In this document: one piece after another, positions 44,401 through 57,779 of the stretch
Layout: each line of letters starts with the position of its first letter
Numbering within the stretch: the first letter of the stretch is position 1
Source of the DNA: the human T2T-CHM13v2.0 reference genome, Homo sapiens
Assembly: GCF_009914755.1 (NCBI RefSeq)
Contig: NC_060929.1
Strand: one strand, 5' to 3'
DNA length: 64,000 nt
Translations under genes and position numbers: made by a program
The notes under the pieces: generated by a model
What the model saw: only the letters and a program-made list of their open reading frames with translations
Databases searched by the model: none
Told to the model about the DNA's origin: nothing

Positions 44401-46989
44401 GCCAACCAGATCTAGTCACCCTTGATTTTATTTCTGGAGCTAGTGTCATAATGCTCATGGACAAGAGAAAGTTCTTTTGGTGATGGTGGTGAAGACATGG
44501 ATGTCCATTTCCTGGGATGGCAATGTTGGTGAAGCTGGTGGAGTGGGCACAAGTTTTAGAGAACTATGTCCAGTGGTGGTGGTCATGGTGTTCTTACTAC
44601 ACTGCGTCTGTGGTATATTTGGGCTGTGGCTCAAGCAGCGTGGCTTCCCTCTGTTCTGAGAAAGCCTGTGGGTCTGTACCCTACCTGTTAAAGTTTTGAA
44701 AATTTCCTTTTCTCCTGAATATCTTTTGGTTGCACGTTAAGAACATTGACTGATATATGTAACTTGCATGTAATGATGTGGGAATATAGTACATAGGGGG
44801 TATTCAATAAATATTTGTCAAATGAATTGAATATGTGAATAAACCTCTGGATTCTAAGATATAAGTTTACCGTATCATGACACTAGTGTCACCACTAATA
44901 AATGAAATGTCTCAAGGAAATGTGGAAGCTTTCCTTGTAATATCTTTACCCTTGACAGGCAGCTTTGAGTTCCCGCAGTGAGAACTGCATGGAAAGTTGT
45001 AGTAATACTCCTACAAGGAGTTAGCACCCTGGAAGTCTTCTGGATCTGCACTGTGGGGCAGGTGTGCAAAAGCAAGTTGGGGGTAATGGAATCTGTTGCT
45101 TTCATGGGACATCATCTTGGTATCAAGTATAGAAGTGATTTTAGTAGCTTTACTTTAGAAAAATGCCTTACCTACTAGACTTAATTTCTACTTTGTTAAA
45201 GACATACACAATGCAGAGGCAATTATTTTGCTATTAGCAATGAAATGCATATAATAGAGAATTTAGTATTATCTGCCATTTTTCTCATGGTTTACATTGT
45301 CACTGGAAACCTATCACTAAATTAATCACTTCATATTATGTATTAACTGTTACATTTTCTACATTGAGTCAGATTTTTCCCAGCTCGGAATTTCATTCTG
45401 TTTATTTGCTTTTTGTTATTTAAGTAATAATAATAATAATAATATCACTGTAGTTTTTGTAGCTGTCCCCTGGATATTTTTAGTTACTGTTACTGAATTT
45501 AGAAAATGTTGTCTTGGGAGCTTTTCTTAGCTTTTCCTCACAAGACAAGCAATTATGCTATCAGAGCTGCTAATACCCTCTTTTAGAACATGTTTGCTCA
45601 TTACTGATGAATATTTCATTTTTGTGTGAAATACCATTTCATTATGCCGTCAATTATTCAATCGGAAAACTGGACAAGACTGAGACTGTCATCAAGAAAT
45701 GTACAATAAACTTCAAAAGATAGTAACTGATGATAAAATAATTAGAATATGTCAAATTAGTGCTGCAGATTTTAACTATGGGTTTAAGAAAGGATAAGTC
45801 AAGAATATTAGAGCGATTGGGTTGCTGAACTTTAAAAAATGACCATGTGGCTTTAGTACCTAGTCAACAGAGGGGGACTACAGTACGTGAAGTCCCTTAA
45901 CAGGTGGAGGCTAAGCTGTGGAGGTGTGGCAGTGGGAACTATTGAGAGGTGGAGATGTTTGGTTCTTACAAATTTCAATATAATATTTATCCTGCACTTC
46001 TCACCATATTGGGTTAAAGAAAAGTCTTGGCTAGACTGGTGTCTCCAAAATAAAATAACACAAAAAGTCATTGGGATTTCAGATTTCATTTGGCCCCAAT
46101 TCATTTGCCAGACAGAAGGTGATAGAAATAAGACAATTTTTTGACTGTTCATTCAGTTCTGCATAGGATTACTTATTTATAGTCTAATTTTATAGAAGAT
46201 AAAAAAAGAGAACCAAGGAAAATATTTGGAATTCCAGGAAGCAATGTAGATCTCCCAGGTGCCCTTGATTAGAATGTGCTCAATATAGTACACGGTGAAG
46301 TTAAATGTCAACTAAACAGAGCTGCAATTGTGAGTTGGTTTGACTTGACAGATGGTGGGGGAGGGGTTATTTTCTAGCCACTTCCCATTGAAAAGGTCAA
46401 CCAATCACAATAATTAGGGATGATTTTGTATTAGTCTTGTTCAGCTTGGGAAGACCAGTAAATAGTTATAACTTAGAAAGTACAGTTTCTACATAGAGAC
46501 TATTGATCTTAACCAGGGATTTTTATGAATTGGAAATAATTTTCAGGTGTTCAGTCCTAAGCATACTTAACCTCACTTGTTCTATGGGGATTGATTTTAC
46601 AATGATGTTTTTGATATTCACTGTTAACAGAAGGAAAGCCCCCTAAAACTATACAATCTACAATGGATTAATCATGTTAAATGCATGAACATTCAGAGAT
46701 TACAATACTTGTGAGAGCTCGAGCATTTCAGTTGCTGTTTTGGAAGATGTACAGTGAATCTTACTTTTCAATCAGCATAAGTCTAAATGATAGCAAGTCT
46801 TTGCCAAAAGCAATTTTGTGCTGAATTTATATGGGTGTGTGTGTCTATTTAGCAAAAATATAAAATGCAAGATTTTATTTTTTGAAACAACAACAGAAAA
46901 ATGCAGCTGTTGAGAAACTTGAATAGTTACCAATTGAAGGTAGAAAGCAGATTTTAGAAAACAGGTAAAAGGGGGAAATACAGGCTTGA

Positions 46990-47330
46990 GGAACTCCTGC
47001 CAGGCAAACTCAGGGCTTCTGCTCTTGTTGTCCCCTTTTTGGGAACATTCCTCATGGTGTCTACTGAGATACCCCCTCCTCTGAGAAGGCTTTCCTGAGC
47101 ATTTTGTTTTAAATTGTAGCCCTCCAGCTCTAGTACTCCTTCTCCCTCACTTCTATTTTTTTTTTCACCCTAGAACTTATCAGCATCTGACATATATGTG
47201 TTTCATTTAATTATCGTCTCCCAAATAGAGGTCAGAGGTGTTTGTCTATTTTGTTCGATGCTTTATTCCCAAACCTACGAGGGGGGCCTGGCACACAGGA
47301 GCTCAATAAATATTTATTGAATGAGGAAGG
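46990..47330 (-). mobile_element. L2 3' remnant
   Basis: 'ctgagaaggctttcctga' and 'cctggcacacaggagctcaataaatatttattgaatga'. Confidence 0.75.
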
Positions 47331-47991
47331 AGGAAAAAGCTACTGATTTTCTCTTCAAGAGGTGTCTTTTGAAAAATACTAAAGTCTCTATTGTACCTAC
47401 ATATATTGGAAATAGAAGTATGAATGTATAGGCATTTAGAGTTCATAACAGTTTTCATCTGAAGCCACAATAGCCAGAGGGAAGTTGATGGTTCTGCTAA
47501 GTTAACATCAATTGTGATACATCCCTAAGACAACAGAAGGTGGTAGAATTACAAAATGAAAGCAGAAATAGAAGTCTAGCCTAAGAATATGGAGAACTAC
47601 CAGTGGAGCACAGTTCTTTCCTGTGTAACTTTTCTCTTCTTCTCCTCTCCTTCCCCATCTCTCCTGGCCTTCGTAAGCCTTAATATTGGGAAGAGCTCCT
47701 CTCTGCTTAGGTTTTTGTCTCACTCTCTGTAGACCTGATTCTTTTGCTTTTCCAATCCATATGATACGTAACATGTCACTGTTATCTTACAGTCCTATCA
47801 CCTAAAAATATATTTAATTCTTTTTTTAAGTTCCAATTCCAATATTTTTAGTGAAGGGCCCTGATTGACTCAAATTGGACCAGTTGGCTACCTGTGGAAG
47901 AGTAAGTAAGCTCTTTCCAAGAGGCAGTCACATTTATTAGGGTGATCAAATAGTTTATTATCCCAATTGGGTGCTAAAATAACCAAAGTAA

Positions 47992-48937
47992 CAGTTGTAC
48001 CGTGGTATCTGTGGGGAATTGGTTCTAGGACCCTTTGTGGATACCAAAATCCACAGATGCTTAAGACCCTTATATCAGATGGTGTACTATTTGCATATAA
48101 TCTATGCATATCCTCCAATATATTTTAAATCATCTCTAGATTACTTACAATACCTAATACGATGTAAATACTATGCAAATAGTTATACTGTATTGTTTAG
48201 GGAATAATGACAAGAAAAAATGTCTGCATGTGTTTAGTACAATTGTAACCATTCTTTTCTTTCTTTAAGTTCTGGGATACATGTGCTGAATGTGCAGGTT
48301 TGTTACATATGTATACACATGCCATGGTGGTTTACTGCACCTATCAACCCGTCATCTAGGTTTTAAGCCCCACATGCATTAGGTATTTGTCCTAATGCTC
48401 TCCCTCCCCTTGCCCCCCACCCCCTGACAGGCCCCAGTGTGTGATGTTCCCCTCCCTGTGTCCATGTGTTCTCGTTGTTCAACTCCCACTTATGAATTAA
48501 AACATGCAGTGTTTAGTTTTCTGTTCTTGTGTTAGTTTACTGAGGATGATGGTTTCCAGCTTCATTCATGTCCCTGCAAGGGACATGAACTCATTTTTTT
48601 TTATGGCTGCATGGTATTCCATGGTATACATGTGCCACATTTTCTTTATGCAGTCTGTCATTGGTGGGCATTTGGGTTGGTTCCAAGTCTTTGCTATTGT
48701 AAATAGTGCTGCAGTAAACATATGTGTGCATGGGTCTTTATAGTAGAATGATTTGTAATCTTTTGGATATATACCCAGTAATGGGATTGCTGGGTCAAAT
48801 GGTATTTCTGGTTCTAGATCCTTGAGGAATCACCACACTGTCTTCCACAATGTAGCCATTCTTTTTTTCTTAATATTTTTGATTGGTGATTCGTTGAATC
48901 TGTGGGTGCAGAACCCATGGATACTAAGGGCTGTCTG
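47992..48937. mobile_element. MER2 (Tigger-family MITE) split by an L1PA
   Basis: 'ggtatctgtggggaattggttctaggaccc' and 'ggataccaaaatccacagatgct' at the left; 'gcagaacccatggatactaagggctgtctg|ta' at the right. Confidence 0.88.
48259..48850 (-). mobile_element. 5'-truncated L1PA (PA7/PA8-like) 3' end
   Basis: Canonical L1PA 3'UTR antisense; 15-bp TSD TGTA(A/G)CCATTCTTTT at 48244-48258 and 48851-48865. Confidence 0.92.
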
Positions 48938-49752
48938 TATAGAGTTTTTGAAATATTGTTTACTTACCAACAAATTAGTTGTGATGGCACCTCCTTAAAA
49001 ATATCTTATTCGAAGTTATTCAAATAAATATTCTTTCCCTAAGAATGAAATGACTTAACATCTGTGTACAATGAAGCAAAAAATAAAATAAATTATTTAT
49101 GTCAATTATCTAAACTTTAAAAAATGACAATGTGGCTTTAGTACCTAGTCATAATGGGCACTTGATATTTGCTGGATAAAGGGATGAAAAGACATAAAAT
49201 TGCAATGAGATTTTATTGCTCTGTGCAGGAGAAATTCAACAGATGCTGTTAAATCCTTTATTTAAGTAAGTCTGGATTCTAGTATCTACTGAGCTGGTAT
49301 GTTGAACCTCAAAAGTTGCCAATATTTTGCAAGTGCAAAATGTTGGAGAAGAGATGATGCTTCTTTCAGACGTCCCCTATAACCAACCAAGTGAGGGAGG
49401 CCTCCTTGATACCACAGCTAAGTATGTTTCTCCTGCTTTCATCAGCTCTGCCATGGACCTCCCAACCTACCATCCACTGGATTAACCAACCTTCCTAAAA
49501 GGTCAGTCACAACATTTCCCACTTAAATTTTGTTTGGCTTTAGAGAGTACTCCATTGAAATCTATCTTTTCCTTTACTCCTTTAGTGAGCTTTCAAATTA
49601 TTTTGTTTTTGATTTGTCTCCTTAGATTGTTTGTACACTTGAGCATCTTGCACTTATAAACTCCTACTGTACTGGGCATACAATAGGTGTTTAGTAAATA
49701 CATTTTGTGTGTTTTATTGCTCAAAATGACCAAAATAATTGTTCTTTATATA

Positions 49753-50192
49753 TGTTAAAGTGAACTAAATATGGCCTGAGAAGGACTCCGTACATCTGTA
49801 TTTGAGTCTTTGTGGACGAACCGTAACCTAGCTTAACAGGCAGACAAGATTGAAAATCTAGCTTAGTAGTATGCACCTGTAACAACAGCTGAGTCTTGGC
49901 CAATTCCAGCATTCATACTTCAACCACTCATAGACTGATAGAACACTGCTGAGTGTTCAAACTGTGTTCAAATAAGGCAAATGCAAACCTGTAACCAATC
50001 CAGCTGTTTCTGTATCTCACTTCTGATTTTTGTACATCACTTCTCTTTTGTCTATAAATTTCTTCTGACTATGAGGCACCCATGCAGTCTCTCTCAATCT
50101 GTTGCGATTCTGAGAGCTGCCCAATTTGTGAATCATTCGTTGCTCAATTAAACCCCTTTAAATTTAATTCCCCTGAAGTTTTTCTTTTAGCA
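49753..50192 (+). mobile_element. ERV1 solo LTR (MER57A-like)
   Basis: Starts TGTTAAAGTGAACTAAATATGGCCTGAGAAGGACTCC; CCAAT, TATAAA and ATTAAA present; ends TTTTAGCA; TATA/TATG flanks. Confidence 0.85.
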
Positions 50193-50759
50193 TATGTATT
50201 CATGTACTTTAACAAGTTTTGAACTGTATCTGTCCCTAATAGGGGGTAAGAATCTCTTTCTATAGAAAGTAATTTGATATATTCTCATTCGTTTTTAATT
50301 TTTCATAAGTTGCTTGTAATTTCTGCAAAGTTACATTTCTGTGACTCTACATTAGAGATCACTGTACATTAGAGACCACAATATCTTAAATTGAGAAAAT
50401 ATTCTCCCTATAGATCCTGAGGTAGGAAAAAAACTCTGCTGAATGAAGAATTTCAATGTAGATGTTCTCATTTCTATTTTTTGTGTGTTGAAATACAAAA
50501 ATATTTCAGATAAAATACTTTCACAGGTCCTGTCTTTTGCTTCCAATTAAAGTATCTGTCTTTGGAAAATCATTCTAAAAGACAAAATTTAATAAACAAG
50601 GATATCACTATTTATGATTTCTTGAATGTTTTCTCATATTTAGATGCCATAAAATCATGGAATTTCTTAATTTTGTTACATTCTAGCACAGAATTAAAAT
50701 TCATTCATTTAAAATTAGATCTATGAAAATGTTCTTTGTAACACTATATTAAAATAGAA

Positions 50760-51345
50760 GAAGTTGGGGGGACTAGATTCTTTTAAAAAGTGTCAATGTC
50801 ATAAAAGAGAAAGAAAAGCTGTGAAAATGTTCCAGATTAAAGAAAGCTTAAAGAGACATGACCACTAACAACCAAATCCTATATATGACTCCGGAGTGGA
50901 TCCTGTACCAGATGGAGAAAATGCTATAAAGAACATTATTAGATCAACTGACAAAATTAGAACATGACAGTAGATTGGACAAAAGTATTATGCCAATATA
51001 AATTTATAAAATTGGTAACTGTAGCTATGAGAACATTCCTAATCTTAGGAAATATACAATAAAATATTTAGAGTAAAGGGCCATGATGTATGTTACTTAC
51101 CTTCAAATGACTCAGGAGACAGAGAGAGAAGGGGTAGAGGGTGTGGGGGAGATGAAGGGAGAAAGAAGGAAGCAGAGAAGAGAGAGAGGGTGACAGAGGG
51201 GAAGGAGAGGGAATGATAAAGCCAATGTGGCAAAATGTTAATTATAAAATGTGGGGAATGGGTATATGAGTGTACCTTTAATAATATAATTTTAGCAACC
51301 TTTTATAAATTTAAAATTATTTCTAAGCCCAAATTAAAAAAAATA
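50760..51345 (+). mobile_element. L1ME-type 3'UTR with an internal GA-rich tract
   Basis: 'ttccagattaaagaaagcttaaagagacatgac' and 'aatgataaagccaatgtggcaaaatgttaa'. Confidence 0.75.
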
Positions 51346-52439
51346 CCTTTACTACAATGAATAACAACATAATTATAGCATTTTAAATTTAGATCTTGCA
51401 TATTGCTTGAGTTCTCATCACGTCAGTTTCAGGTTCTCTTTTGCTTTTGTAGAGATAATTTTCAATGGCTGATCATCTTTCCGATTTAGTCAGGTGCTGA
51501 GTGGTGAGAAATCTGTACACTGCTGATGCTCTCTTACTCTTTTGGATATGACCATTGCAGAAGTCAGAGGATAGAGTGGAGTCCACAAAACCCACCTGGC
51601 TTAATTCAAAGCAACTATTGATAACGCTACTTCATTAACCAGTGGCAAATCCTGAACAAATGCTAAATCTGATGACACAGCAGATATAAACAAGAGCTAT
51701 AAAACAAACTAGATGTATGGATACTGTAATTAATAAGGAGTATACTGTGAAAACCATGTGTATTAAAATGGAGGGAGTTGATTCCAGGAACAGGGATGAT
51801 AGTTGAATAATCCTAAACATTTTGGTATATGTGATAACATTCAGAATGGGATGAGAGGCCAAAACGTAATGCAAACAAGTCCAATTCCAGAAAAGGGGTT
51901 CAAAACAGAGCTATGCTATTTTGACAATTGAGGGTCACTAGTGCTTAATATTTGAAACATCTGCTAGAGGTTCACGTGCATTCTTTTTAGAAGTAGTAAA
52001 AATATTATGTTTGCACTGTCAGAAATAGATGGAAGATGACAATTTATATTTTGTTGTTACCACTAGTGTAATTCTTTCATATTTCTATCTCAATGACATT
52101 CAGTTTCATTTCTTCTTTTCTTGTGAAATTGTACTAGCAAAATAAGCTGTCAGGTGTCAGAAGTAGAAAAGTCTCTGCTTCTTCTGGAGAGGTGAAAGAT
52201 TACTTAGAATATGCTCTCAATTATACATTGTAAAACGGTGTGGATATTCCTTCAATTATACAATGGTTAAAACAGTGCCTTACGTAGACTTTATTTCCAG
52301 TAAAGAAAGGGAATTTTAGCATAGCTATATTCCAGTAGGAACAGTATTTCTGCCCTGAATGAGATCACCTCCTTAATTAAAAATAGATAATTTTGAAACA
52401 CATCAGAAAGGTGCCTTTTCCCCTCTTTCTCCTGTGCTA

Positions 52440-52690
52440 ATTTCAAACATTTTTAGTGCTTTCTCTTTTCCAGGCACTATAGTAAGTGTTTTACATATAT
52501 TTTCTAATTTTATCCTTATTCCACCTCTGAAAGATAAGTATTACTCCCATTTAATGTGTGAGAAAAATGACACTGAATGGTGGAACATAGTATTGATTTC
52601 AAAGTCAATAATTGAGAACAAAGTGTTGGCAAAACCAAGAATTGATTTCAAGTCTATCTGACTGTAAATCCTAGACTCATAACTATGACA
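52440..52690 (-). mobile_element. MIR remnant
   Basis: 'ccaggcactatagtaagtgttttacatat' and 'caagtctatctgactgtaaa'. Confidence 0.6.
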
Positions 52691-54519
52691 AAATTTGGCC
52701 TTCCAATGACCTATAACCCTTCCCCCTGGGTTATCGATTTCCCTTTTGAAAAATGTGTTTAGGGGACTGGATTTACCCCTTGCCAGTCATTAGGAATACA
52801 ATTTTGACTCCTCTACAAGTGTGTCTCAGATATTTCAAACTCTATTGATTTCAGTAAGTAAGCGTGTTCTAGGGATTTGAATGATAAGAAATTTTCTGCA
52901 CTAGAAATGGGTTTATTTCTAACCCATTCTACTCTGGAAAGAATTTAAATGTTAAGACAATGATTTTCTGTATTAAGTCCCAAACTATCTCTCGATATCT
53001 GATTTCTAACCACCTATGCTTAGCTATCTTTAGAAATCAATAGAAGTTCAAGTCTTCCTCCATTTGATAAACCTTCAAATATTTTGAGGCAATCATAGTT
53101 TGTGCTATATTGTTTGTACTTTATTAAAGAATTCTCAAGTCGTATATCACCTATGTGGTTCCAATGAACAAGTCTCATTTTCTCTCCTAAAAGGCAGAGG
53201 TTGGGGAAAACACTTTATGAAGCTTTCCCCTTTCTGAGATCAACTTGTCTTTTTTCTTACAACTCCAGGAATCACTTTCAGGGATTTCATCTCAAGTTAT
53301 CTCATGAGGATCCTTGAACAATTTTATTATCTCCACTGCCCATTCTCATGAATTAGAATTACAGACAGACCAGGCACATACTTAGATATCACTTTGCTGC
53401 CTCAGCCCTTGGCCCTCAGTAGGTTTTCCATCATTTTTGTTGCGTGGATGATTCCTCTGTTGATTGGCTAGTGACTGCTAGACTTCTACCAGCCCTCTAA
53501 CTTGAACAGTATTACATTATAGAATCCTTTCTACAGGTGTTTTCTCCTTTATTGTTTAAAATAATCTTCCAAAGTAGATGTTACTGCTCCTATTAAATGA
53601 GAAAATGATGAAAGGATAGCATGACACCTGGCCCACAGTAAGCCCTTAATAACTGTACTTCCCCCTTTCTTTCTTCCAGTCTAAACTGAAGTTTAGAGCA
53701 ATTAAGTAATTTGCCTAACACCATGTAATCCAAGACTCAACATCAGTTCTTTAGATTCTAAAACCTCTTCTCTTTCTACTATTTGCACTTTTTAACCCTA
53801 GATTATTTCCTCGAATGAAGTAATATGTGGTACTCAATGTCCAAAACAGATGAAGGTGGCTTTTATCAGCAAACAATGTGTAGTTTATGAGTTAAGTGTA
53901 CATTTACTTACTTCGCAATCGGTTAATGAGAAGAATGAAGCTTCTTTGATGCCAAACACAAAATTTTGAGTTTGTAATTATAAACATTATTTCAGCATAT
54001 CAAGTAAATGTTCTGATCAATGTATGTACCTGTAGATGATATTTTCTAAAAGATTACATTTTAATCTGAGGATATTCTTCAATTAAATGGATTCGGTAGC
54101 TTCAAAGTAGAATAGTAGAGCTATTTTGTTTTAAATTTGAGTTAATAAGACTAATAAGTGTTCTCATTCCTTATCTTTGAGAGGTACCAGGGATTAGAAA
54201 TGTTATGCAGTAAGACTGTAGGCCTTCAAAGATCAGTTCTTTTAGAAGTTTGACACTGGGCAAATTACTTAAGCATTTTGTAACTTTGTTTTCTTATCAG
54301 TATAATGGGCACATGGTTAGGGCTCAACAGATATTAGGTATTATTTCAAGATATAAATACAATGTAACATATAATATGAGCTCTCCAAACTGTAAATAAT
54401 ATATAAAAGTATAAGTAATATCATCATGACTAAGTGCTGACACATTCTGGGGATTGTCAGTGAACTTGTTATGTTGGGATGGACTTTTTCCCCTGGCAGA
54501 TCTACCCATGTAACATTAG

Positions 54520-54735
54520 GAACTAAAGTAGGTCATGTGATATCAAATTTTATAAGCATATTCACTGAACTAAAATTTCAAAAGGGTAAGTCCTAAGCTA
54601 CAAACCTCCCAACAAATGACGTATTTATGAGAAGTTTAAACATGTTCTTAGTATGGTAGATTAAGCTTTTATTCCAAAACTGAGTTAAAATCGAAGTGCA
54701 TGTTAACTTGCATGTTAATATATTACGTAATAAAC
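54520..54735. promoter_or_regulatory. RORE plus PAR-bZIP/D-box motif cluster
   Basis: AAAGTAGGTCA at 54525-54535; palindrome TATTACGTAATA at 54721-54732. Confidence 0.35.
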
Positions 54736-57700
54736 TGTAATTAGCTTTATAGTTTATAACATTGATTAATATATAAATATGTATACATACAGAGGTTTCA
54801 ATCAAGTGCTTTGGGATGTCCTAAGTACCTACAGAATACTGTTTTAAAATTTCTTATTATAATATACGAGGCTAGAGAGTTTCCTTATTTGTTATCAAAC
54901 TCCTTTCAGAATAAATATGTGCTTGCTTTTTATTTTTCAGTAAGCTATATCTACGTCATTTAATTGGCTACATCACCAAATCTCTCTATGCCTGTTTCTT
55001 CATGACAAAAACAGGGATATTAACAGCTATCTGCTAGGGTACATTAAATAAAATAACATTTATAATATACTTAGTGTTTGCCTATGACATGATAAGTATT
55101 CATTAAATGATACCTATTTTCATTATTGCTATTGTTTATTTTTTTCTTATATTAGATATATTTGTGGGTTTTGAAGTGGACAAATTAGAAACATTATTCT
55201 ATGAAAGAAAATTAGGAAGGGCTCCACTTCTTGTTGCCCTTCCAGAAGCAAATGTAATCAATTTTACTACCTTGGAAATGAACTTTCACAAATTGAGGGC
55301 CACCTGTGGGAAACTGGCTTCAATTATGTGTATGCAGATGGTTTCATAATTCAGAATATTGACCATGTGGGAGAATTTGGTAGGTGAATAAAATAGGAAC
55401 TTTAATGACACGATTGCTTTTTATGTGACCAGAGATTTAACTAATTTACAATGTTTGGCTCTTGGTGGATTGAAGAGAAGTAGAGTGTTTGGTCTGAGTC
55501 TAAATCAATTTTGCTGCAATGGAAAAGCACAGGGAAACAACCTCCAAATAGAACTATAAAATCCTCCAAGAAGTCTATTTTTACGTGTTATACAAGTAAC
55601 CTTTACTGGTAATAGGATCTTTTTTCTTTTACAAACTGTGTTATTTTAAACATTTCAACATCACTATTGGTATGTTAAAAAACCAGAGCTCAAAAGTAAC
55701 AAGTACTCCTAAATAATAGTCTGGAAAATAATTCAATTACAACATACTTTAATATAATCAGTTTGTACAAAAACACATATTAAAATAGAAAATCTGTCTC
55801 ATTAACATTCAGCAGGCATCTCACTCAGCTGGAACTGAACTTATTTCAGACTCAAACATACAGAAATCTCAGATAGATTACAAATATATGGGCATGCATA
55901 AAATTAAATAGAAAATACTTTGTAAGTGCTTAAGGAGCTGAGATTATTTTGGTGGGTGCATCTGTATATTTTATGACATACTGTGTCATTGCCTTTTCAA
56001 ATTTGAGTAAATTATAGTTTTGCAAATCATAATTACATTGGCTCATGCTTGATGGTTATGCTTTGTAATACTGAGCCAATATTAATCAAGATTTCCTAAA
56101 TTTATGTCTCATTCCCTGTAGGTCATGTTACTGCTTATTTGCTTTGGATAATTATACTCATCTATTGCTTTTATTATGTGATTGGATACCACTCCCTTAG
56201 TCCCATAGCTTTCATCTGTTTTACAGTATTCAGACTGTGGTTTACATTTTTTTTTTCCTTTTGGCCAATACTTGTTTCTTAACTGAGTGATACTTTCACC
56301 TTTCTGTCCACCATCCTTTCTACTCATCAAAACCAGATTGCATTTTGCTGCAGAAGAAAGATGTGTTCAATAAAACTTTGCCAAGAAAATGGTTATTGAT
56401 ATGTCTTTGAAAGGCAGCTGTATTGCTTATGTACCACTGGGGATTGGAGTAGTGAGACTTAAATTGCTTGTGGAACAAAGCAAAAGCAAATCCGTTTCTT
56501 TGCAACTTAAGAATTTGAAATAGTCTGTCTTTCTCATATCTGAAAAGAGAATTGTGAGTAAATAAATGGTCCTTGGAGTTAGGCTGAATAATTATGTTAT
56601 CATTATGGAAAATGCTATTTATAGGAAATACTGAAATATTTTATAGTCGTACTCTTAAGCATGTAATTAGATTTAGAGGTAACGTAGTAAAATCATTTAC
56701 AGCTGGATTTTTAAGTCTTTCTAAAATTTCTGTAAAGATATCTTTGCAAATACCAATAAATATTTAAAATCCTTAGGAAAACCATAGCATCTCCTGTGAA
56801 ATATTTTACTTTAGGAATATTTCATTCAAGGCTTTCACTAACTTGGGTATAGATTTTTTGAGATCTAAGGAAGCCATGAGTAAGCCTCTGATTAATATAA
56901 AGAAAAATAAGTGCTGGTAAATATAGTAGAAACTCATTAAAGATTCATTGAAAACATACAGGCATCAATCAATTATATACAAATGACTCTTCAGAAGGGG
57001 CAATTGAAATGCAAAGATGTGTCCCTTTATGCTGTCTGGTAGGAAAATGTTAATTTCAAAATATGTTTTTGCAAATAGAAATTATACAAATTCTCTTTGG
57101 TAGCCTAGTCTGAGGTATAAAAAGTTTTCTAAAGTTTTCCTGAACAGTTTTCTGGTTAAGGGTTAAAAACATTCTTAGTATTTTATCATTCTTCATAATC
57201 CCTAACTAAAGAATTGCTACCTCCAATTAGAGCATGTTTAATGTGAACCAATCCACTATTTTTAACATTAAAGATTTGTTTTCCTTTTTACTCTGCTCTT
57301 GTTTCCTAAAGTTCTTCTGCTAACTTGACATACATCTGTATTTTTTTTACATTATTTTCATCATTATTGTCATTAATTTAAAAAATGTTTATGGAAAATA
57401 TACCTATCTTCACATTTAAAGTCCCTGTGCTCCAACATGGGAAGATACAAAAATGTGAAATATGGTCATGACCTGAAGGAGTTTCCCCTCTAATTGGGGG
57501 CACTATGTTCTTAAATGCAACTACTGCCTCCAGATTCTTCCCCTCTCCCACCACCTTTTAGAATGTCACCAGACACACAAATGCAAATTTCCGGGTAACT
57601 TGAAAAAGCAATACAAATTTATAAGTCTCTCTTTAATCTCTTTTTCATATCTCAATGAATGGCAAAGGGGAAATGCAAAAGAACCCAACAGAGAGTTGAT

Positions 57701-57779
57701 TTTACTTGAAGTCTTGAGTTCTGCAGAGAAGTCTTGAAGACAACCTTAACTTTGAATGCACTGCACTAGTAACAAACAT

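Noticed and set aside
56109-56505. Two adjacent minus-strand ORFs that look coding
   Set aside because: No recognisable homology, no coherent splice sites, and lengths expected by chance
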